A stretch of 63,570 bases of DNA, filler included, from Craspedostauros australis (Eukaryota): assembly GCA_030167865.1 (NCBI GenBank). It is 19 parts of 19 records of this genome, joined end to end, with 100 filler letters (N's around TTAATTAATTAA, not from the genome) between each part and the next. Parts side by side here need not be neighbours in the genome. Positions count along the whole stretch, not along the records: positions 34,474 to 39,900 come from JALAGF010001189.1; positions 40,001 to 44,901 come from JALAGF010001190.1; positions 45,002 to 46,128 come from JALAGF010001191.1; positions 46,229 to 48,361 come from JALAGF010001192.1; positions 48,462 to 52,544 come from JALAGF010001193.1; 14 more parts are not named here. One strand, written 5' to 3'. The notes below the pieces were generated by a model, which saw nothing but the letters and a program-made list of their open reading frames with translations, ran no database searches and was not told the DNA's origin. Positions 38,601 to 49,334 of this stretch are shown here, in pieces (positions within the stretch are counted from its first letter, which is position 1; every line of letters begins with the position of its first letter). Made by a program: the position numbers and the translations under genes.

Positions 38601-39237
38601 GCGACAATGCTGATGTTGGTGGTGCTCCGGCTGAACATGACCCAATTGATGCCACCGACCATGGAAGCCATGGTGGTGCGTCACCTGGGAATTATTTCAT
38701 CGAGCAACAACCCCCAGCAGAGAGTGCCTCCCGCTCGCGAAATGTCGAAGAGATCATTGTGCTCGACGACGAAGACGACCACTGCTCCGGTGACAACGAG
38801 GGTAACGATGATCACCAGCAGAATCGACCATCGCAGAGTCATTCCGATGGCGTCATCGGTATCAGCGACTCCATGGAGGAGAAGCATTCGTACGAGGATC
38901 CATGGACTGGTGGCGGAGACGACGCCCTTGCATCACGCGATTCAGCACACAGCACTGGCGCCGACAAGTCTACCAACAACCCAGCTGGTGCAGCACCAGT
39001 CATCGACCTCGTGAACTACGACAGCATGAGCTTCGAAGTGTACGACAGTGAGAGCGGCGATGTCATTGTGTGCCACAAGATGGATCCCTATGAAGTCATG
39101 GACAACCCGGCCCAATCCGCGACGGCCGCAGCCACAAGCTCACAGGCAAAACAAGGCGCAGTGGTGTCTGAGGAGAGCAAAGGTCAGCAGAAGGTGGGCA
39201 TTGCCTCATCACAGCTGTTGGCCCCAGCTGTTGCATC
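35690..39237 (+). pseudogene. Large Ser/Ala-rich disordered protein gene interrupted by LTR insertions
   Basis: ORFs 35690-37060 and 37814-39340 are in the same frame and are contiguous in the homologue at 45002-46128. The true start is uncertain. Confidence 0.7.
37048..37758. mobile_element. Solo LTR (711 bp) with target-site duplication
   Basis: TGTTAGGAA...TTCCAACA termini, flanked by CGCGTG and TGCGTG. The empty site GGACGCGTGTCAACC is present at ~45210. Confidence 0.9.
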
Positions 39238-39899
39238 TGTCAGGAATCGAGGGTACGACTCTGTCGGAAAGATACCCATGATTGCCGCAACTCTCAACAT
39301 TATTTGTCATACCTTTGGATATTATTCGTCACACCATTGAATATTGTCCATTCCACCCACGACACGAATCACACGGGAATGATCTCAGTCTTACCAAGCA
39401 AACAAGCCTGTCCTCTATGAATCAAGAAAAGGCCACGACACCTAAACCATGTGAAGGAAGATGATGACCGACACATTGATGATCACCCCATCTGGAGATC
39501 ATGGCACGTGTCACCCACGGACTAGAACAACTCAGAAAGGGCATCAATCATGACATCAATCATGACACCAATCGTAAAGTTTGGTGTCAGGAGATCAAGA
39601 GCGAAACGCAAGACTGTGGAATCGTACCGCAGGGAATGTAGAATAAGGATATGCACAACGAGGTGCATGGAAAGAATGCCTACGGATATGCACGACGATA
39701 TGCATGACAAAGGATGCCTGCGGATGCGATCTCATGTATGCAAGCGATGATTCATGATGATGAGATGCATGAATGCAACAGTATAACACGGTGCTGCTGC
39801 AGGAGATGCTATATGGGAAACGAAAGGCAAAGGAGCTGAAGAGAATGAGCTCACAGTTCTGAATAGTACGATCTAACAACCAATTAGTTCTTACTAACA
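39238..39899. mobile_element. Second LTR of the same family (662 bp), diverged
   Basis: TGTCAGGAATCGAGGGTAC...CTAACA; shares blocks with 37048-37758 (GATACCCATGATTGCCGCA, AAACAAGCCTGTCCTCT, GATCACCCCATCTGGAGA, GCTCACAGTTCTGA). Confidence 0.85.
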
Positions 39900-40194
39900 C
39901 NNNNNNNNNNNNNNNNNNNNNNNNNNNNNNNNNNNNNNNNNNNNTTAATTAATTAANNNNNNNNNNNNNNNNNNNNNNNNNNNNNNNNNNNNNNNNNNNN
40001 CGTGTTGCAGTGGCGAGGATTGCAAGCAGAGAGAAAGGATGCAAACAACAGAGACATTGCATCACTCTCACAACAGCAGCATCCGTCACATCGAGCATCA
40101 AGCAAGCGCGCGGTTTCGTGGTTGATCATCGAAAACCCGTCCTTCCTTGCTGTGAAAAAAAATCCTTTCCCCTCCGCCCGTCTCTCTTCCCGCC

Positions 40195-43100
40195 ATGACG
40201 GTCTTCGACTTCGGGTCCGTTCGCTCTGCCTCTCGCTCGTCTCCTTCGGGTGGTGGCGGTGGCTCTGCGGCCCTAGCTGGTGCCCCATTGGGCGCTCCTG
40301 CTGGTGGGTTGTTTCCGCTTTCTGCGGTGGCGTCTGTTACTGGGGGGTTGGTGATGGCGATGCGGTGGTGTCGCTGTTGTGGGTTGAATCTGTGGGGTCC
40401 ATCTGTGGTGGTATCATTGGGGGCTCAGAGGAGAAGGGCGCTGTGCGCTTCTGCACTCGCTCTCTCTGTCCAACGAAGAGCCATGTTGGGAACAAGGCTC
40501 CCCTGCGCGATGGGAGCTTCTACGTCCGCACCATCAAGGCCGACCAGGCACGATTGGCGCCTTCCATCGACGCGTCATGGTTGCTTGTGTCCATGACCAA
40601 GGAGGGCCTGCTGGCTGAGCTCAAGGCTCCAGCAGTGTGGCGTGCCTTTCTTCGCGACCTCGCCACCTCTCGCCTCCGTGTCGAGGCTGGCGAGGATGTA
40701 CCGATCGTCTCAGTTGACGATTTCGCGGCTGTTGAGGACTTGGCCTCCCCTCGCCGCCTCGCTCTCCGCATCAGCCCACGCGCAGATGAGGTCTCCTCCA
40801 TCAAGCTGCAAGAGCTGGACATTGTGGCACCTCTGCCAGACGAGTACCAAGTCTCAGACGACACTGACCCTGCCATCGCTGGCGCCGTCGTTCTGATTGA
40901 GAACTGGGAGCAGGTCCGCTCCAACTTCGCGCAGCTGGAGAAGATTGTTGCCGGCATCGAGAAAGGACAGGGCGCCGTTCGCAACGCAGTTGCCAATGAC
41001 ATCAGCGCCGTCATGGCCAGCCTGCAGCGTCTGCACACTCAAGATCAGCTCCTCAGCGCTCGCATGGGCGAGGGAGCCAGTGCTGACAAGACGCTCAGTG
41101 AGCAAATCCTCGGCATCCGATCTGCAGTGGAGATGACGCACCAGAAGGTGCTCGACTTGGAGCGCTCTGGTACGGCCAGATTCGCGCGTGAGTGGGCCAC
41201 CCAGCTTCCCACTCTGCGCTTATCGCTCGACGAGCTCTTCACTCATTACAGCAACTCGGTCAATGCCATCGTTGGACACCTGGATTCCCTGCAGTCCAAG
41301 CCATCCTTTTTGCCGGAGCGGTCCTCTCCTTCTCGTGGAGTCTCTTTTTCTCCCATCGCTTCCGCTGCATCCATTGCAACCATGGTGGATGATGCCGTCG
41401 AGCGCCGCTTCTGCGCATTCGAGCGCGACATGAAGGCCAGGCTTTCTGCTTCCCGCTCGGTCCCAGGCATCTCCGCACCCAGCGATGTTGGAACTGACCT
41501 TGCCGAGCGGCTGAACGAAGCAGAGCGTTGCGTGGAGCAAGCCCTTCGACTCCAATCCGACCATGCCTTCTCGACCGACAGCGACACCTTCGCATCGCTT
41601 GAGGACGTTCGCGCCTGGATGGACTACAACAATGTCAAGTCAGTGGGATTGTTCTGGGATATGTTCTCCCTGCTCGTGTCCATGAACTCCAAGGCCAACA
41701 AGAGTGGCAAGGATCGCGCCAATGAGGGCTACTCTGTCAGTCGCATTGCTGCCACTGTTGCTGAGATTGACCTTGCCGCGTCCATGGGCCACATCCGTCC
41801 CATCGCTCTCTTTGCAAAGAATGGTCGTGGAGAGCTCTCACCACCTGAAGAAGGCCTGGCCGCTGCTCCCAGCTGGAACAAATGGGCCAATGGGATGTCA
41901 TCCTACCGTGGCATCGTCTCCTCGTCCTACTGTGGGTACCTACAAGGCATCAACAGAAAGGTCCCATCCTGTGGCAACCCTGCCCAGGCGGCACTTGCTC
42001 GCTACCTTAGTGGGCACGCTGAGATCCATTGGCATGGGCTCACCTCATTCATGCAGACCTTCTACCATGACCTCGTGTCGGCATCCAACTTTCAGGCCGC
42101 CTTGGCTTGGAACTTGGTCGGCCGATGTGTCTGCTCCGTCTTTGACAAGCTACATCTGGTCCGATCTGACTCCAGTTTGGTCGCTGGCGAGATGGCGAGC
42201 CTCGACAACAAGGCCAAGGTCCTGTGGTCCGTTCTCTGCTGTCATCGCATCATGGACTCGCTCCTGGAGGTCGAATTTCATGGGCATCCTGCCCTTGCTC
42301 GGGTGCTGTCCATGTACCAGCTCTCTGAGCGTGTCGACAGGTCCGAGATGGAGAAGCTGCGCGATGAGCTCAAGCTTGTGAAGTCGCTGGCACGGGATGC
42401 CATGGATGAGGCTGAGTGCAGCGGCAAGAAGGCTGCCGAGGCCAAGCGGGCTGGTGCCAACGCGATGAACGAGCTCAACCAACAGAAGAAGAAGGGCAGT
42501 AACTGAGACACGGCTCCTGGGTCAGCTGTTGCGGTGGATGGTGTGGATTCCAGACCATCCTTGCACGGCATGACTTGGGGCACAGTTGGGCGCAGGTTGC
42601 GACGGGCTGATTGCTGTGCGGGCGTCGTTGCTTTGCGATGCCCGGCTTGGGTGTTCGATCTTGACTCGCTGGGGCTGTCTGTCGGCTTCATCGCCGGCTG
42701 GTCTGGCTCTGATGAGGATGGCACGATCATCCGGCAGCTGCTTCCATTGGTGGTGCTGCAACCAGCAGCACCCTCTGTGGCGCAGCTCAACAGCGTTAAT
42801 CTGCTACTAGCCGAGCATTCCATCACCAAATCCCTCTTCTCTGCTGTTGATGCCAGTTCTCTCGTTGTGGTCGCTTCATCGCATCGCTCTCGCTGGCTTC
42901 CACCTGGTTGGTCGGCAAGGTCTTGGCGCGTGGAGCACTCACAGGTCGGTGGCGTCACCAATGCCGTAGGCTCTCTGACTATCTTCTGGCGATGCCCTTT
43001 GCCTCAGCAAGGCCCCCTACAGATTCATTCGGTTCCTCGCACTCTGCACTCGGTGCTGGACGACAAGCAATCGTCTCAGCACTGGCATCCTCCTCCACCC

Positions 43101-44762
43101 AACCTCAATGTTGGACCTCTTCGCGTCGTCCGCGTGGACGCTGTGAAGGTGTATGGTAAACCTGTGCTGCATCCTGGTGGTCTCATCCCGATCGGCTGCC
43201 TTCGGTCAGAGTTTGTGCTGGCGCCTTCCGTGTTTGGTCATGGCAGGTGATGTGCTTGCCCACTTCGGTCGTTCGAGCGTCTTCGTGCGCTCGACTTCCC
43301 TGATACTGTTGCCCTCACCCTTCCTTCTGCTTCTGCTTCTGCGCTCCCAGGCAAATTGTTCTTCTCTGTTTTGTCCCAACTTTGCACATTCAACGAGGGG
43401 GGTACTTTTCTTTTCGATTCTTCTTCCTTTGCGACTGGCTGCCGTCCTGCCAGTTCGCCTCCATCTTCCGCCGGTCGCGGCTTGAGTCCGTCTGCAGTGG
43501 TATTCATTCCTGGATCCGCTGCAATGACATCTACCGCTCACTGTGATGCTATCACCTCTACGTCTCTACCATCGCCATCTAGCGGCTCCAAGCCAACCAC
43601 TTCATCGCTTCACACCGTCAACTCCATCTCTCCTCCTGCCTCGTCACCTGCCAACGACAACTCGTCTTGTACTCCTGATTCCACAGATTCATCAGCAGCC
43701 AGTCACACTCCCATCAAGACATGGGTGGCTCCATCCGAACTTCAGCACAGCGTGCTGGAGGAGGCGGAATGGAACCGGCGCGCTCAGAAGGCGACCAAGT
43801 CCGACGACGCATCCATTCCCACTCACCTCTGGATGGATCAGCTGGTCAAGGGTTCTGCAAATCAATGGGATATGGCGGATATGCAGAACCTGAAAGCCGG
43901 ATGCAACGGCCTGAGGAGATGGATGTTGGGATGGTGGAGTCGGCGCGTCACCACCTCCTTCTGGAGATGGTACTGTCAGCATCACCTCTCCCCGCGTCAT
44001 GTCACCACCAAGGTTGTTGCTGTGTCAACTGATGGCATCTACCAATGGAACCGGAAAGGCAGGGCAAGGTATGCAGCATGGCGAAGACAGAGGCGACAGT
44101 CCTCACCCGATATATTCGATGCTGCTTGCGATGCAATCGCTCGAGCGTGTCGCTCCACTTGGTGGAATTGGGACGACGGATCTCGCCCTCTGTTCTGGAG
44201 GTGGGCCAAGGAATATCAGACTATCATTCAAGAGGGTCTGCCAGTACACTTTCAGTCGTCGCCGCCAAGCTACATTCAACCGCAACGCAACGCCAACGAT
44301 CCCCACATTCGAGACATGATGGCAGCAAAGCTGAGCAAGGTCCGACAAAAGCGATACATCATCCCAGGCACTGTTCACTCTCTCACTTCGTTCTTCGGGG
44401 TACCCAAGGGAGAGACCGACATCCGCATGGTGTATGATGCAACTGCAAGTGGCCTCAACGACGCTGTCTGGGCGCCTGGGTTCCCACTCCCAACTCTGGA
44501 CACGCACCTATGAGCTGTGGGCACCAACACCTTCATGGCTGACAACGACATCGGAGAGATGTTCCTGAATTTCATGCTTCATCCATGCCTGAAGCGGGTC
44601 TGTGGTGTCGATATCACACACTACCTGACTGAAGAGGACCCCAAGGCTGGTAACAAGCTTGTTTGGGAGCGATGGGACCGGGCAGCAATGGGCTTAAAGT
44701 CTTCGCCTTATCAAGCTGTCCAAGCTATGCTCTTTGCCAAAGAAGCTATCCTGGGGTCCTAA
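40195..44762 (+). mobile_element. DIRS/Ngaro-like retroelement: ORF1 (Cys/His motif, coiled coil), DNMT-like region and partial RT
   Basis: ORF1 has ICGGIIG...RFC...C...H. RT reads FFGVPKGETDIRMVYDATASGLND...LPT...DIGEMFLNF...MGLKSSPY. The tyrosine recombinase is not in the contig, so the clade is inferred from the RT style. ORF1 probably starts at ATG 40195, with a frameshift in the G-run near 40345. Confidence 0.7.
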
Positions 44763-45001
44763 TAGAGCTAAACTAGTAACCACCTTAGCGAGAGAGACTA
44801 CGAATCATCCGACTCTCCAGCATTCCAGTAGATCGAACGGACACTTCGCCGGACCCCACGTTTGGAGACAGATCCAGAACCTTGAAGCAGATCTTCGGAA
44901 TNNNNNNNNNNNNNNNNNNNNNNNNNNNNNNNNNNNNNNNNNNNNTTAATTAATTAANNNNNNNNNNNNNNNNNNNNNNNNNNNNNNNNNNNNNNNNNNN
45001 N

Positions 45002-46128
45002 GACCTCTCTTCTTCGACATCATCTGACTACGAGGCGAAGATTGCAGCAATGATTCGCTCGCAGATGCAGAGAGAAGGCATCGAACCTCTCACAGAGACC
45101 AGCAGCCCTCCTCCGGCTCCTCTCGAAGACATCATGAACCTTGCTGCGGTCAAACTGGCTGCTGGTAGTTCATACGAAACCAGCAACAAGGACGAATCTG
45201 CCAGCAAGGACGCGTGTCAACCGGGATCTGAAAAGCAAGACCTGATCGCCGGTGCAGCCAACCCAGTGATAGTCGGCCACCTCGTGGAAACCGTACGTTC
45301 ATCCGATGACATCCCAGTCGTCCAGGGCATGGACGTTCTCATGCCTGCGCGAGGAATGAACGGCGGTCAATCCACAGCCTCCGAATTCACCGTGTCCGAA
45401 AATGAACGGTCAGTGACATCTGGTGCAGCTTCCACCAGGAAGTTGTTTTCCAGCTCTGCGGAGAACGAACGCCCTTCGTCGTTCAATGAGTCCGTCTTGA
45501 ACAGCCTGTTGGACTCTGACTCGGAAAAGGTTGGGGCGCTGGTCGCGCACGAAGACCAATCGAGCCAACCCACAACGCAGAGCGATCGCGGCTTCGGGAA
45601 AGATGACAGTAGCAACAAGGATGACGAAGCCAACGCATTGAAAACCACCGCAGCTGTTGGCGTGGCTGCAGCAGTCATTACGGCGGCATCTGTGGCAGCT
45701 GCAGCTGCAGCTGCAGCCAAACCCACGACCACTACCACAGCCACAGCCACAGCCAAACCCAACGTCACAGCTGATGGCAGCCCTGCAGTCAGCGTGGCGA
45801 CGAGCGCAAGCGCCAAATCGAACCCTGTCGATGGTAGCTGCACCGACAACGCGTCTGCGGTCTCAACAAACGATGGTACCGACGCCGTTCAAGATGCATC
45901 GGCAAGTGTTTCGACTGGTCACATCGAGCGTAACTCATCCCACAAGTCGGTCAGCACAGAGAAGTCGTCATCGGACGATGTCACCAAGAACGCCCGGACT
46001 GGAGTAGCCACAGGTGCAGCAGCTGTCCTTGGGGTTGGCGCAGCGACCATGACCAAGTCTTTGATGAATGCAGAAAAGGATTGCGACAATGCTGATGTTG
46101 GTGGTGCTCTGGCTGAACATGACCCAAT
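45002..46128 (+). CDS. Uninterrupted allele or paralogue of the Ser/Ala-rich protein (internal fragment)
   Basis: Co-linear with 36833-37047 plus 37765-38647 and lacks the LTR. Confidence 0.75.
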
Positions 46129-46228
46129 NNNNNNNNNNNNNNNNNNNNNNNNNNNNNNNNNNNNNNNNNNNNTTAATTAATTAANNNNNNNNNNNNNNNN
46201 NNNNNNNNNNNNNNNNNNNNNNNNNNNN

Positions 46229-47192
46229 ACTTGCCGCTGCGGCTTTGGAATCGGTCGACGAGATTGATGAGAGAGCCGAATTGATGCGAAAAGAGGGAGG
46301 TGAAGGTCTTGTCATCGGAGAGCCGGGCCTTCATGAAGGTGGGGAAACGATGGTGATCCCGTCCATCGAATCCCTTGAGATCGAAGAAGTAACGCCCGCC
46401 TTTCTGTGTCTGTTCCACTTGCGCTGTGTACCATTCGTGCGCCACCTTGAGGAAGGCATCGCAGGATGTTTGTCCTGTTGACATGAGGTTGACCTCGGTC
46501 TTCTGCTGAATGCCAGTCCCGACGCCACCTCCAGATTTTCCCGAACGTTGGCCAAAGCCAAACCCGCCCGATTTGCCACCCGTGTTCCCGGAGAACATGA
46601 TGTACACGCGCTCCCCNTCGAACACGCCCGCCTCGTACCACCGATTGTTCATGAGGCTCTTGATGAGAGACGGTGGTTGGGTATCCTCGGTGCTGAATGG
46701 TGACGAACCATGCTTGGTTGCCTTCATCGCGGCTCTCTTTGCGGCGAGGCTCCCAAAGGTTAGATTGCCAGCTCCGAACTTCGCGCTCGTGGACCCGCCT
46801 TCTTCGCTCTTGAATTGCTCTATCAACGTGACGTTGGCATCGTTGAGTGTGAGATTGCAACGGTTGTGCAGGTAGAGCTTGATTGCCTTGATGAGGAAAT
46901 TGTTCTGAGAGTCTTCGTCCACGCTGATGAAGTTACCTTGCTCCGTTTGGGTGGCATGGTAAGAAACGATGCGCGTGTACATGGTCTTCCCGCACATCAT
47001 CGCGATGAGACGGTACAAAGTGATTGAGATGGTGCTCATATGCATCCCGTTGATGATGAGGGGGATAAGACTCGTCGCAACGAGAGGCAGGAGAATGGTG
47101 ATGATCGCGTCCATGAACTCATTTCCCGTCTTGACCCGTCGTCCCAATCCCAAGAGAGGCAACATCGCTGGAAGGCCTGCGGCTTGGAACAT
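46229..47192 (-). CDS. BCS1-like AAA ATPase, N-terminal part
   Basis: N-terminal TM segment, QNNFLIKAIKLYL, and WY...RYFF...LSDDKTFTSLF...LVDRF...GK just before where the AAA module would start; truncated by the contig end. Confidence 0.6.
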
Positions 47193-48461
47193 CTTGGTGG
47201 TCGTTGATAATCAGATCGCGTGGTTCAAGTGCTTGTTATGATGACTGCTGATGCCGTTGATGGAGTTGATGGTGTGGATGGTTGCAACAACAAATCTCGG
47301 CTTTGCTTTCCAGAATTATGAGGCATGAACCCAAGATGAAGATTGATGCTTGATTCTCTAGTCGCACACGTTTGACACTATGAGCCAAGTATTGCACGCC
47401 ACAACAGATGATGATACCACGCCACACGTCAGTTGTGGATGGCACTGTATGCCCAGCTCGTGTCATCCTGATACCATTGGTCGTGCTCGTGCACGCGCAA
47501 GTTCAAGCGCAAGTGCAGATTACTCGAGAGCGGATGCGGAATGCATGAGTGTGGCGTTTGCTCGCAACGTGTGTCTCGGGCTCTTGACGTCTCGATCTTT
47601 CGGCCTCCGCTGTTTGGGGCTCTGCGGTGCTGGAAGCGCCGTTGGCGTGTGCGCGGGTTTGGGAATTCCTTTCCAGTTCTCGAGTCGTACTTTGCATCTC
47701 CAACCGTGTTGCCGACCTCGCATGAAATCGTGCTTCCGGATGCGAGTCGTGTATCAGCAAAGGCCATGACTCGTTCGATTCGATGTCATGAACGACATCG
47801 ACGTTGCTTGGATGACACACGTCTTTCGCGCCATCGAATTCTCAGCCTGGTATCGGCGCTGTCATCAATGTTGGTGGCCGCTGAGTGAGGATCTGCGGCA
47901 GCTTCGTTGGCGTCAGCTTCGTTGGGATCGGCTGAATTCGCGCCGCACCCGCCGTTGTGGTTGGTCGATGCAGTTGATCCTATGAAGCGCGGCGTCGTNT
48001 GCCGCTGCCTTGATGTCGACCTGCAAGATATTGCGATCTGCAAAGNCTGTTGCTGCCCTGCATGATGTGGAGTTGGTGNCCGCTGCGATACGCTGGCGCG
48101 ATGTGTTTGCGTGTGTGCCTTTCCTACAGCAGCGCACGGGCTGGGTACGGCTAATCCGGCACCGTGTTCTTCCAGCCGCTCTGGTCGTTGCGACCGCACA
48201 GAATTCCGATCAGGGTATCAGGGCTGGACGCTGTGCTGCGGCAACCGCCCTTGGGGAGGTTCCGTGTTCGTGGAGTGGTTGTAGTCACAGACCAACTGGC
48301 GCACCTTTCCACAGCTCCTCTTGGGTCTCGTTTCCAACCATCGCGGTGGATCGCCTTCGCCNNNNNNNNNNNNNNNNNNNNNNNNNNNNNNNNNNNNNNN
48401 NNNNNTTAATTAATTAANNNNNNNNNNNNNNNNNNNNNNNNNNNNNNNNNNNNNNNNNNNN

Positions 48462-49334
48462 GAAGAGGTAGATCTCCTTCACTGAAACGAAGCTGGCCGT
48501 GGATCCACTGTTGAAGATATGGTTGTTGGTGTGGACTTGAATGGATTCAATGAGTTGCCGTGAGAAGTAAACCTCCAGGATGGTATCAACTGATGGGTTG
48601 ACACCTCCAACTGACCGGAAGAGTGGNNNGTGGGAACTGATGGGNAGTGGNNCATAGNCAACATTTTTGTCGGCTCCATGCACAGGAATGGNTGTGCCAT
48701 CNGCACCAGTTGCATTGNCATTTGCAATTNCNTTGTTGTCCATGATTGTGCCATCTGTAGCAGTTGCTCTGTCAGTAGCCATGGCAGCACCGATGAAAGT
48801 GGTGTGATCTGCACCCATTGATCCATCATTGATGGGTGTGCCATCGTTGCTGGGCGTGCCATTGTTGCTTGGTGTGCCATCGTGGCTGGGCGTGCCATCG
48901 TGGCTGGGCGTGCCATCGTGGCTGGCTGTGCCATCATTGGTGTCATTGGTTGCGATTGTGCCGTTTCTCTCATGATGGCTTTTTCGCCTCAACGCAAGTT
49001 TGCGTTTGAGGCGGTTGAGGATGCGACTGCTGCGCCTGTTGCTTTCGATTCTGCTTGCGGTGCTGCTGATGGTGGTGGTACCAGCCACGCTGATGCAGGC
49101 ACTGTTGCCATTGCATACTCCCTTGCTGCTCACAGTTGGTGCTCCTGCAGAGCGGTTTCCTGTCGCTCCATTAGTAGCATGAAGCAATTCTTTCCGATTG
49201 CCATTGAGGAATACCACAAAGGGTTCGGCACAATTGTAGCTTGCCGCGCCAATTGGGGGAGGCTTGGATGCTTTGACGTGCTTGGATGCTTTGACATGCT
49301 TGGATGTGGGAGAGGACGGAGATGATGTGGGCAT
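48462..49334 (-). mobile_element. piggyBac-like transposase (DDE_Tnp_1_7), N-terminal fragment
   Basis: ILEVYFSRQLIESIQVHTNNH...VSVKEIYLF fits the start of the piggyBac DDE domain (FF...IV..TN.Y...EL..F), after a long disordered N-terminus with 18-bp (HDGTPS) repeats. Confidence 0.65.

Noticed and set aside
37048..39899. One LTR element that captured a host gene fragment between its two LTRs
   Set aside because: The first LTR has its own TSD and an empty site exists; the two LTRs are too diverged to be a pair; the host sequence is continuous on both sides.
10262..44513. TGA reassigned to a sense codon
   Set aside because: TGA replaces different residues (Arg, probably Trp), occurs in decaying elements alongside TAA/TAG lesions and frameshifts, and also ends normal ORFs.
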